From contig OZ193909.1 of assembly GCA_964276515.1 (NCBI GenBank), forward strand, positions 18,910,001 through 18,974,000: a stretch of 64,000 nt of DNA. The letters are read 5' to 3'. The position numbers and the translations under genes are program-made. Positions 39,501 to 51,984 of the stretch are shown here, in pieces. Every line of letters begins with the position of its first letter. Position 1 is the first letter of the stretch. Below the pieces are notes generated by a model. It ran no database searches and was not told the DNA's origin. It saw nothing but the letters and a program-made list of their open reading frames with translations. This DNA comes from Gordius albopunctatus. Taxonomy: Eukaryota.

Positions 39501-42500
39501 GAAAGCGACATTGACAAAGGGGTACCATAGAATAAGTTACTTGGTATAGAAATAAATTTGCGATAATTTTTTTTCTGATAAATAAATTAAAATTTTGATT
39601 ATTTTTATAGATATTTGTTAAAAAGATTTTAATTAAATAATAAAAATGTATTAAAAATACCGTGCTTGCTTTAATATAATTATATTTTTTTTATTTTTTA
39701 CCATTTTTGATTATTTAAATTTTATATTTTTTCTCTAATTCAGTTCATCTCTAGTCTCCTTGACAAATTAATATACAGGCTACATCCTCTCTGTCAATTG
39801 TTAGCTATATTAAATTTTTTAATCAAAAAACGGGAAACAAAACTTTAATTTTGCATTTTTAAACTTTGTTATAAATCATTAATGTTATGATAAATTAAAA
39901 TACAAAGTTTGATCTACAAATTGTATTTCAGGGGTTTAATTTTATTTATATTTTTTATTTAAACAACTATTTTTAGTTTAAACTTTGTTTTTATAAAATG
40001 TTTAGCTATAGACTTATTTTTTATAATAATTTATTTAAAAAATATTTTGTCATGGTTAATTTGACAAATTTTTGAAATAAACGCTCAGTTTAAATAACTA
40101 CACTTGTCAACAAATAATGGACTCATAGAATCAACCGGTAAATTGTTTGCAAATTTTGGTAGAGTTTTTTACGGTGAACACGAATATATTTTTATTTTTT
40201 CCCCTATGCATCAAGTTTTTAAAATATTTGCTGTCAAAGTTGTCGCTAAAAACAGCGATTTTGGCATTTTTCAAACGTTAATAACTTGCAAATTGTTCGG
40301 TAAAATTTTATACCTCGAAAAACTCTACTACAATCTGCAAACAGCAGCCTGCTGGTCGATTTTTCTTATTGAAGCGTGTAATTATAGGTTTAAATATTTT
40401 TAAATAAAGATTATTCAAGATTTTTAATATAAATAATTTCGAAGCAATTAAAATTAATAAAAATCCATAAGATATTATTATAACTTTTAAAAGTTTTTAA
40501 TTATTTTTTATGTTTGAGCACTATTTTATTATTTTAACGGTGTTAAATTATTTTCAGAGGCCGAGCTAGATGAAATGCGGATTTTTATTTTATTTTTGAT
40601 TTTAATCATAATTTTTTTAATAATATATAAATATTAATATCTAGTACCTCTCCTGTCTCCATGTGCCTAAGTCCTTGACAGTACCAAAATCCTAATTTCT
40701 TATATAAAATAGCTTAAATATTTTTCTCAAAATATTTTAATTAAATGTCTGCTGTATAAATAAATATTTTTAAACTTAAAACTCATTTCACATTATAAAT
40801 AAGTACCAGAATTATTAAAGTCTCTTATTTTTCCCAAACAAAGGTCACCTAGTTCAGGTTATTATAGGGGTTGGGTGCTAATTTAAAAAATTTTATAATC
40901 CTATGTTATTCTTTGCAAATTAATCCAATTAAATGGAACTGAATAACAGCCTCCCCCCTTTTGAAATTTCAATACTATAATTTTTTGTCCCATTGCGACG
41001 ACGACAACTACTTTCTCTATCTTTGGCCCTCGAGCCTTATAGGAAAACAAATTTTTAAATCTTTTTATACGACATTTGTAAATATCGGAATTTAATTTGT
41101 TTCATTCATCTTCACGCAAAATATATATTTTTACCTTAAAAGATTAAATTAGCGCATTCAAAAAACGGAATTTTAGTTGTTTTTCAAAAATAAGGGGAAT
41201 AATCTGAAAGGGACTTTAAAATCCTCTTTTCTTTGGTAGATTAAGATTTTACAATCTGTCTGATTTTTCAAAAGATAAAGATTATAGTATAGAGATGGGA
41301 GAGGGGCAAAAAGATTATTTTTTGAAAGTTTAGCCATAATTTGAAAGAAATTTTTGGATTTAGAGGGGTGTAGTCGCCCCTTCCTGCCACCCCCTCTGGG
41401 TACGCCCATGGGTTCTACCCAGAGACTTCTTTTACAGTAGACTGTCTAACAGCTATTTTTTTATTAAAAATCTTTATTAGGTAAAATGTATATATATGAA
41501 AAATATAAAACACGATCAATAAATGAATGAAAATAAGCGGGACTACTCTCCATCGAGGGCCAGAGGTCAGGTGTCGGAAAATGCCTTATGATTGTATTTG
41601 GCTATTGAAATTCCTATTTTTTGGCGCAAAAGAAAACTTGCTCAGTATTTTCCTTCGGGAGATCTCTTTCCTATCAAGTTAAATAAGGCTAACGCCTGTT
41701 TGCCAAAAGTTGGCGTTTGATTAAGCAACTTAGGGCAGCGGCTATGCTATGTTGAATGAGATTTTTTCAACATGCGGTCTTGTGCCGTTAAAATTGCGAA
41801 GGTTATGGAGGAAAGAATAATGGGAACATTAAACATGGTGACCGACCTCCTCCATGCTTACTTATTAAGATCAGCTGTTTGTCGATCATCTGGCCAAGGG
41901 GGAGGGGCAGAGAGGGGCGGCTACCCCCCTCTAAATCCAAAAATCTCTTGAAATTTATCAAAAATTATGGTGGCTAACATTTTAGAAAAATGTTCATTTT
42001 GCCCTTGCCTAATTCATTACGCCCTCCTCTAATTCAAATGCTGGCTAGGCCCACCCAATTACAGGTTACATATGAATGATTATTATTATAATATGGTTCC
42101 TCCCTATAAGCCATAACGGAGTTAATTTGATTATGAAATTAACAGTTAATAAAATTAATTATGTACGATTATGATTTGGGGTCATATAGACCCCCTTTCA
42201 TGCAAGTTATGTGAGAAATCTCTTAATTTTCTGTATACAATCAAATGGCAATTACAAATAGCAATTTAGCCATAGTTTTAGTTCCCGATCAAATGGTGTA
42301 AGGCAAAAAATTCATATTTATCTAATGATAATAAGCTTGTTTGTTTTTTATTGACAAAAAATTTGGATACTAACTTAAAAACTACAATTAAAAGAATTCC
42401 ACCTTAATTACAAAAAATATCTTGTAGATCTCACTATAATCAAAAATGTTTGATATTTCTCTAATTTATTGAAAATTTTTAGATGCTATGTTAGAAACTA

Positions 42501-45500
42501 AAGTAATTCTTCCTTGATTATAAAATATATATCTTGAAGAGTATTTTAGTATAATTCAAATACTTTAATAGCAATTAAAATTTATCCTTAATATATATAT
42601 ATATATATATATATTAAAAAATAATAATTTCGTAAAATGTATAAAAAAAAACATTTGTTCTTTGGAGTTTGTATTAATATATAACCTTGAGTCCCGTAAA
42701 TACAATTATACTATACTACCACCAATTGAAGCATAAATTACGTCATGAACAACAAATCTCATTTTTTAAGACTTATTGAGCTAACATTTACGGTTAAATA
42801 AGGAAAAATTTATGGAAATTAAGAGAGTTATGACGCTACGGTTTGGTTATATGGTTTTATTGTGTCAAACATATAAATTAGACGACATTTGGACATTTGG
42901 ACTCGACATTTATCTTAATGGTGCTTCAAAGATGAAATTTATTATAAATTGAGATTTAATCTGTGGAAAGTCATAAATTTTGGATTGATCTAATTTTCAA
43001 AAATTTAATAATCATAAATCAGTTTTAAATTGTAAAAGTACAAAAAAAAAGATTATTTTGCAAATTTATATGCTATAAAGTTGTTTTTGAATAAATGTGT
43101 AGTATGTAGACTTTTTTCATCAAATAAATTATTTATAAAGTTTTGATTAATTTTACATTTCTTTTACAATATATTAATTATGTCCCATAATATTTCTTTG
43201 ATGATATTAAATTCGATTGCCCTGCCCTTTCTATTATTTATATTGTTTTGTACGAACAAAAAAAAGTAATTGTATCTCCTTGATTTCCAAGTTTTTGATT
43301 GAATGCACAGTTTTTTTAATTGTTATGCCAAGTTTTTTGAAGCTTAAATCATTAACTTTTAATTCCTTTCTCTTTTACCAATTAATAATTATCTCCAAAC
43401 ATCCATAGAACCTAAAATAAATTATTTTTTAATTAAATGTTCACTCTACACTCATCTCTTACGCATAAGAGGCTAAAATGGAGGATTATTTTGTCCATTT
43501 TATAATTGCAAATTATCGCTTATTCATTACATTTTAAAAGCCTATGGTCATTTTTTCTTAAGTGTCTATAAGAAGATTTGAAAAAGTATTTTACATTTAA
43601 ATTTATAACAAAACTAAAAAAATTTTAGATATGATTAAAAAAATTTAATTCGAATTTTTATTTTTAGATATTTTAGTGGGTTTTACCAATGTTTTGGTCG
43701 ATATCGTGTGGAAATTTACTGTGTACTGGTATGCGGGCAACCTCATGTGCAAACTTATACGTTATTTACAGGCAAAAAATAATTTATTTAGAGTTAACGA
43801 AAATATAAAAAAATTAATAAGAAATCATATTTTCAGAATCTCCTTTTCCCTTGAAATATATTTTGAGATTAATTCAGTATAAAATCTGGCTATTAGCCAA
43901 AGGATAAAATGTGTTTAAATTTAAATTTTCTCTATTTTTCGCTTGATAAATTATATGTTTTTAAAATTTTTAAAATTTGAAAGTATTTATTTTTCTGAAT
44001 AAATAAAATTTCAATCGAAAAAAATAATTATTGAAATAACTAAAAATTCTGAAATATATTTTTAAAAATATTTGACAAAATTAATAGACCGTCGTGATAT
44101 ATGCTTCTACTTACGTCCTCGTAGCCATGAGTTTTGATCGTTATATGGCCGTTTGTCAACCTATGCATTATTTGAGAAAAGGTAATTTTACATATATTTT
44201 AAAACTTTACTAAATTATTAATTTTTAATTTTTCAAATTAAAATACTTATTTTTAATTTATATTTTACAAAAAAAAATTAATTATATTTTATGGAAATGG
44301 CTTGAAAAGTGGTTGTATATAACTTAATTTTAGTATATAATTCATAATGGTCATTTATCATATTAATTCCCTACGATTTCCCTTTTGTGCATGTGACCAT
44401 ATAAATAATATTTTTTAAAAGAGCTGACAGTTAGAGCTATTATATTCGCTAAAAAGATCACGTATAATAATTAAAATTGACAATTCCCAGGTCTATATGC
44501 GACAAATTTTTTTCCAATTATCATCAAATAAGATAATAAACGCTAGATACGATTGTCAAACCAAATTTTTCCGCTAAAAGTTTCAATTAAAATTAAATTT
44601 ATATATATTTATATGCTATAAGTTTTAAACAAAAATTATAAATTATTATTTTAGTTTAGAATAATATTAACAAATATATGGTTTAAAATTTAAATCTTAA
44701 AACATTATATTGGAAGTGTATCTATATATTATTTATTATTTATGAATTATAAAAAAGAAAATTTTGAATTAACAGGCAAATAGCTTTTGTCAGCCTTGTC
44801 CTAGAAATTTCAATTTAAAAATTACTGAAAAATAACTTAATTATAAAATTTTGTTTTTCGAATAATTGAAAATACATAAAAAAGAGTTTTGTGAAAAATC
44901 ATCTTGTTTCGTGATTAATTTGTTTTTATATAAAGGAGATTTTGTATTTTTTACGAAATTGTGTTATAATTCAAAGTATGATTCCAATTTATTCTTTAAA
45001 TATTGAAGCTTTTTTAATTAAAATCAATTTTTGAAGCACTATTAGCTAATATTTTATCAATAAAATAAAAACTCAAAAACAAAAAAACATTTCTTAGGAT
45101 GTCAACAACTTAAAATTGATTTAAAATCAAATTAACACAATATTAACATTCCACCTTTGTTACTATTTGCAAAATTTAGTAAGATTTCATGATTATATAA
45201 TCTTAAATTATATTCGATTGTTGAGTTGAGAATATTTATCGTGTTGAATAATAAAATTTTGGAAAATTTTAACATATATTTCCCTATTTTTTATTGTTAT
45301 TTTTATGAAACTCAAAGTCGAGTCGTCACCTTTTTATTACCTTACTCTGGAATAAATTAAATTTAATGGGACACTTTACTCTCAATGCCCTTCGTAAAGT
45401 TGCAGAGACAGTCTTTAATAGTAATATCAACATTTATTTTATCTATTTATATTTTGAAATATATGAACTTCAATATATACAAATATTATACTTTGCAGTA

Positions 45501-48500
45501 CAACATATGCAAACAAAACGCGGCCTATAATAACTTTTATTAAAGTGTCAGGAAATATTAAAGGAACTTCGCTTAGTTGTGTATTGTCTCATTTAAAATA
45601 TCTTTCATGGTAAATAAGAGAAGAGAAATATGATGATCATAGTGGTATGGGCACTGAGTTTCACCTTTTCCATCCCCTCTCTCATCTTCAATTCTGCCAG
45701 CCGCTTAACTCTTTCCCCCAACCCGAGCGGTTCCGTCAATTCGTTGCATCACCTTAACGGTACCACTCTTCCGCCATCTCTAAATCTGCAACCACTGCAA
45801 CAATGTTGGATATCCCTGCCCTACGATTGGATGTGGCGACCCTACTTCACAACCATAATGGCTCTCATCTACGTGGCACCAGCTGTTGTCATGATAGTCG
45901 CATATGGTATCATAGTTAGTACCATTTGGAAGCGGGCACGAAATTTCACCACGAATCCACGTGACCCCTCGATTGGACCAGTGGGCAGGTTGCGCCGAGA
46001 AAAATCTAGTACCATGGCCCGTGGCGATTCTCTTTTTCGTTCCTTCATGTCCTCCCGTTCAGCGGGTTCGAAAAGAGGCCTGTCAGCTTGTGGTAGGACC
46101 GGCATCAGTTGTACTGGAATACGTGATTCCACCACTTCTTCCTACTACGCGTCATGGAGGCTGAGACGCAAAGGGCTTAGTCCAGGATATGTGTGGACCC
46201 CTATGCGCCCATCGGGGCAAACGCACAAGGGATGTCTGGTTTACAATAACAATATTTACGAGAAAGACCCCATAAAAATTGGCAAAGAGGGTAAATCTTT
46301 GTGGTTCTGTATAGAACTTTTATTCGTCCTTATACGTTTATTGTTTCATTCTAGCTAAAATTATGTTAAGTTTATAAATCCTTTCATCTTTTACACCTAC
46401 GGTTTCCTACAGACAAATTTTATACCTACCTTCATTACCTTTTTAACTTAATATTTTGAGTTTTTACAGAAATTCAGAATAAAACATTTAGAAACTCTTC
46501 TTAAATAAATTATTAATATAAATTTTTATAATATACTTTTAAATTCAAGCCGAATCCTCAAAGATCCATAATAAAGATGGCGTCCCCTTGCCTTTAATTA
46601 ATTGCGAAACGATTCGTAAAAGATCGCGGCTTGGTTCAGATGTGCTCCTCCAGCGTTTGGGTGTAAACCGGCCACGAGAAAAGAGTATTACTCATTTTGA
46701 GAAAGTAGTTCTTCAACAATATCCCTCCACTATGGTAAAGAGGGCAACAGGTTCTGGCGATTCCTCATTGGAGGATTCAAAAATTTTGGCGCCTAAACAA
46801 TTTCGTATCACAAAACTGCCAAATCGTCGTCTTACATTCATGTCCAAATCATCTGGAAGGGGGGATTCATTCATGACGATGAGTAAGCGTCAAATAACAT
46901 AAACTTGCGTTCACCCATTTGTTAAGTATTTATCAAATTAAACAATAACATTTGTTGGCGAGTTGTTTTACTACCCTAAGCCACCATTTAAAATGAGATA
47001 CACTCATTAGCCGCATTTGTGCAATAAAAATTACGATGTTATAATAAAAGAAATAAAGATAACACAACAAAAATTATCTTTCAATGCGTAAATTTAATAT
47101 TAAATTATATATATTCTTAGAATTATAGCATTAAAAAATATAGATGGCGCTAATGTCACTTTTAACGATAACATTAGCTATTTACTTTGAATTTTATTTC
47201 ATTTAACATTACGATTTTTTCTTCGTAGGGCTTTTTATTAGGTGATATTAGGTTTATATAAATTTTTGAAACTTTATATTAAAATCCATCACAGCCCTTA
47301 CTTAAAAATTTTGCTCTTTACCTGCCTATAGTAATGTTGTAAAAACGACTGTCGACTACACATTAGAGCCCTGCACGGGTTACCCGAAACCCGACCCGGG
47401 TTTGGGTCGAAAATTTAAAAATTCCTCCGGGTCGGGTTCGGGTTTAAAATTTTTAAACTCGGTTCCGGGTCGGGTTGAAGGTTATAAATTATCGATTGCA
47501 TAATAGACGTATCGTTTAAATTAATGCCATTATATATAATATTTCTTAATTAATATCGAAATATATGATTAATTTATCTCATCCATTCATTAATTTCTTT
47601 TAAGTTATATCTGAATTTTGGATTTGGGCAATTTAAAACTCAGACAGGTAGAATATCTTCATTGATGCTTTAAATTATAATAAACATATTATTAATATCG
47701 CAAAACTTATTAACGATTTTGTGAACTTCCATTTTTCTTTTTTAAATATTGATGCTCAACTTGCTTTACCGTCTATAATATAGACGAGAATAAAATAAAA
47801 CAATCATGATTATTTATTAAGCAAATGATTAAAATGTATAAAAAACATGATTTAAAAAATTAAAGTGTTTGAAAAATGATCCATTTTCTCCTTTCATTTC
47901 CGCACAAATGCCACAACCATTATTAGCCTTAAAATCAAAATTGCTCGATAATAAAGACAGACTCATTTTAATTTAGCAAAAGTTTAAGAATATCTGCATT
48001 TTTTATGGTGCCTACTGAAGATAATGAATGGCTTGTTAAGTGCGATACTCTGGGTGAAGTATACTAAAAACTTTTCTGAATTAGGATCTACTTTTTTCCT
48101 AAGGCTTTCACTTCTGGCAAACATGTTTCAAAATGTTGTCAAATTTGTTGTTGTTTTTTTAGATAACATTTTATCGCCATTTAAAACCATCAAAATCAAT
48201 TTTACACCATTATCTTTTTTTTTACTTTCGGGTCGGTTCGGGTTCGGGTTAAAAAATTCAAAACGCTTTCGGGTCGGGTCGGGTTCGGGTTAAAAAAAAG
48301 TGACTTTGCAGGGCTCTAGATTACTATAATATAATATTTCCAAATTTAATATCACCCAATATTTATTTTTAATCAATACGTTGAAATATGTAACCACTCT
48401 AACCTTTTATGATTATTTTATATAATAGGTCGGCAAAGTACGATGGATAATAAAATCCGGCCGTGCGTCATGGTTAATTCCTACGGCATAATACCGAAGG

Positions 48501-50697
48501 CCAAGATTAAAAGCATCAAAATAACCTTTGCCATCGTCATAGGTCACCATTTTATATGACGATCCTAGTGTTGTCAAATCACCTGGGTTTCGTTTGTTTG
48601 ACCTTTAATTTTAGTTGACTATACTTAAACAGACCAAAGCCTTTTTACCCCTTTTATCAAGCGTTTGCCCTTTTTCGGATTATGTTTAATCGACTAGTGC
48701 TGATATAGTGCATCGGATTTTATTAATCAATCTTTTCCTTAAATTCATATAATATGAAATTTTTATGGTTCACAGATTTTATTTAAAAAACCCCCTAGGT
48801 CCTTGTCAAATATAATATCTAAAAAAAAACAATAATAATACTTTAAAGTTATTTGGCTATTACAAAAATGCAAGATGTAATTTTATAAATTAAATTTGTT
48901 ATTGTGTTTTATATAGTATTTATCGTCTGTTGGAGTCCCTACTTCATTTTTGACTTCCTGGACGTGTACAATTTATTAACGGATAATCCTAAAAAGAGAG
49001 CCATCACAGTCTTCATACAAAGCCTCAGTCCGCTCAACAGTGCAGCCAATCCCCTTATTTATTTCGGCTTCAATACCAAATGGTGGTTAACTCTAAAGTA
49101 AATTTACTAATAAAACATTAGTGTTGTTTACTAACAACACCTGGAAGAATGGAGAGAAATGATTTAAAAAATTGTAGGCTAGCTAGACCGCCATTAAATG
49201 CCATGGCTAAAATTGGAGAGACTATCATTAAAATGCTGATATATCTGAGCATGGGCCTATTCAAAAGGGGGGCAATAGTGATTTATGGAGGGGTAAGGAA
49301 GGGGGTAGCTCCTCTTCCGCCCCCAGAGACCCCACGAATGCTCCTTTCATTATGAATGTCATTTAAATGTGATATTCTTTGCTATTATGTATCAAAATTG
49401 TTAAAAATTATAAGAGAAACCAAATGATGGAAAAAATTGAAGTATGCCATGGGGGAACGATAACCTATTATATTTTAATTTTTTACCACTTAAAAATCTA
49501 TCATATTAGCGATTATTATTTTGTAACTTTAAACACTTGACAATTTGGCAAAATACTTGGAAAATCAAATGGCACAAGAAGTAGGAGGTATATTAAATGT
49601 TAAAGTATGATGGGTGTAGCCAGAAGGTGGCAGGGCAGGGGGGCTGCCCCTCTCTAAATCCAAATTTTCTTGCAAATTTAATATAATTATGGCTAAAATT
49701 ACTAAAAATGTGGCACAAGGAGTAGGAGGTAGAGTTGTTAAATTGCTAACTTTCTTCAACTCCAGCTACCATCTGCTCGAGTTTCTGCTCGGTCCTCGAG
49801 CATTTTTATATGCTACTGCTCCGCCTAGTGCACCAAACAGAGAGCGCATATTGTGCTAACGCGCATATTAAGCAACTCAGTGTGCGTGCTCGCGTCTGGA
49901 GTTTGAAGCAAGTTAGCAATTTAACAACTCTATTAGGAGGTATATTAAATGTTAAAGTATGATGGGTGTAGCCAGAAGGTGGCAGGGCAGGGGGGCTGCC
50001 CCTCTCTAAATCCAAAGTTTCTTGCAAATTTAATATAATTATGGCTAAAATTACTAAAAATGTTCATTTTGGGCCTCACTAAGTTATTATTGCCCCCCCC
50101 CCCCTCAAAATATGCAAAAGTATATCTTGTATATTAAATCTTAAATTTGTATTGTTTTTAAATTATCCTTTAACTACTGACTTCAATCTATTTATGCCAT
50201 ATAATTTAGAGTTCACATTAATATATATGTCTAAGGGGCTTGGTGGCGTAGTGGGTATAGGTTTAGTCTTTGAAGCAAGAGCTCGCAGGTTCAATCCCGC
50301 CTCTGGCACTTATTTCAAAAAAGATTAAAAATCACATCGTCACCACGGCTGTCAGGCCTGGATAGCCCAGCATCACCCCTTATCCAAATATTTAAAGAAG
50401 CTGACCACCTTAGTGTGACAAGCAGCTATTGGAAATTGTTTGTATTTGTGTTAATATATATGTCTAAGATCACTTGCTACTTTATCACATTATTAGAAAA
50501 TCTAATATTTGCGAAAATATATAATCTTGAATGATACTTTACAATCATAACTTTTTCTTGTATTTATATTTATTGTTTTCAATTTATTTAGAAAATACTA
50601 CTATAGGTTAGTCAATAGGACATCACTCAAGAAAAAGATTAAAGTCCGTAGCAGCATAAGCTCATTCGCGCCATCGAGCCTTAAACGTGCAAAATAA
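36521..50697 (+). CDS. CCAP-R: Neuropeptide GPCR of the CCAP receptor / NPS receptor family, 597 aa, 9 coding exons
   Basis: Exons 36521-36574, 37496-37631, 43668-43771, 44088-44181, 45619-46290, 46550-46882, 48429-48542, 48917-49097 and 50592-50697 total 1794 nt in an open frame. Motifs: EQLTFL, RKSRMNFF, WYAGNLMCKLIRYLQ, YASTYVLVAMSFDRY, QCW, GIIPKAKIKSIKIT, CWSPY, FIQSLSPLNSAANPLIY. The first and last exons are the least certain. Confidence 0.88.
41540..41880 (-). mobile_element. Possible degenerate LINE 3' remnant in GPCR intron 2
   Basis: GC-richer island. The minus strand gives TPTFGKQAL, reminiscent of L2/CR1-group C-terminal motifs. Confidence 0.3.
47364..48318. mobile_element. Non-autonomous hAT element in GPCR intron 6
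   Basis: TIRs TAGAGCCCTGCA / TGCAGGGCTCTA with TCGGG/CCCGA repeats. Both ends match the 19634-21007 element in opposite orientation. No TSD recognisable. Confidence 0.85.
49570..50062. repeat. ~140-bp tandem duplication, second copy interrupted by a MITE
   Basis: TGGCACAAG...ACTAAAAATG at 49570-49710 and again at 49711-50062. Confidence 0.85.
49730..49932. mobile_element. 203-bp hAT-type MITE (copy of 11339-11541)
   Basis: Same TIRs. TSD GTAGGAGG/TTAGGAGG. The empty site is preserved at ~49581. Confidence 0.92.
50236..50450 (+). mobile_element. tRNA-derived SINE
   Basis: A box TGGCGTAGTGG and B box GGTTCAATCCC, a TTTGT-repeat tail, and a perfect 18-bp TSD TTAATATATATGTCTAAG (50218-50235 and 50451-50468). 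Confidence 0.88.
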
Positions 50698-51984
50698 AAT
50701 TGTCTTTATCAATGTAATTATTATCGATTCGTTTATGTGGGATTATATTTTTAATTTTCTGTAAATATGTATTTAATATTTGTCTTGGATATATCTAGGT
50801 ATTTAATAACCCGCAAATGAGAGAAAATATAGCAATGAACATAGTCAAGGTTATTGGTGGTCCTACAATAGTGGGTTATGTTTTGATTAGTTTTTTTTTT
50901 GAACTTGATAGGACAAGGGCTAAGTCCTAATTTATTTTCTTGCTTTTCATAACTTTGTCCACTTACCATTTCCACTGTCTCGTAAAAACAGCTGGGTTGC
51001 TCTGGTCTTTTTTTTCAAATTCAGAATAGCCTAAAAGTTTAAGAAAAACAAATCAAAAAAGCGTTGGTTTTTATTTTCTTGGGGCGGCTAAAACCAACTA
51101 GCCAACAAAACCCAGCAGTTTTTGCAACACTACTTTCCACGTAACACGAAGATGTCCAATATTTTTCGATTTAAAACATTCGTTCCTTCTTATAATATCA
51201 CCATACCATATTAGCCGATTTCCAAGTCCACTATAGGTTGAATTCATATTTTTTGCCTAGAGACAGGTTTTGTTGAGGATTGTTTTCTGATAGTTAATGA
51301 TGATTTTGAGAATTCTGGACTACATTGATTTTAATCAAAGTTGTAAAGCTAAAATGATTGCCTTTCTCTATGGCTCGGTTGTTTTGTTCAAGGCTATGAC
51401 TAGTAACAGTTGACATTTTGTATAAGATGGCATTTTTCGACAATTTAATAGAGAAACTAAGATTAAAAAGCTATTAGGGCTTAAATTTCTCAAGTAAATT
51501 GGTATACATTGGTTCTCATTCTATTTTAAACTAGATGAAACCGGCAAACGTTGTTTTGCCATTTACCCGGGGGGTGTATATGTTGGAATTTTAGGGCATA
51601 TATGATGATAAAGCGGTTATTGAAGTAAAAATAAAGTTTGTTGTCTATATGTTCTACTTCTCGGTCAGATGAGATCTGTTTAAAACTTAAAACAAAATAA
51701 ATATTTAATAAGACAATTAGATTCGACCCTGAGACTTTATAAATAATTCAATCGCCAATTTAGCTTTTATTTTTATTTATTGACTTGATAGACTGTTGAT
51801 AAACGTTAAATAAGTGCACTGTTCTTTCACAATATTTAAATGTGCCCAAATAAGGAAAAGATAGTCATAATATAGTGATTTTGGTTTAAAGTGTCTTTAA
51901 ATCCGAATGAAAGGAATATTGAACTAGTAAACATTAATAGCAGCGTTTAAAGATATATCCTTTACAAAATTCATAAAAATAAAA

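Noticed and set aside
45869..46164. ORFs 45869-46135 (-) and 45961-46164 (+)
   Set aside because: Shadows of GC-richer GPCR exon 5.
50236..50310. Functional tRNA gene
   Set aside because: No convincing acceptor stem. It is followed by a body and tail and flanked by an 18-bp TSD, so it is a SINE head.
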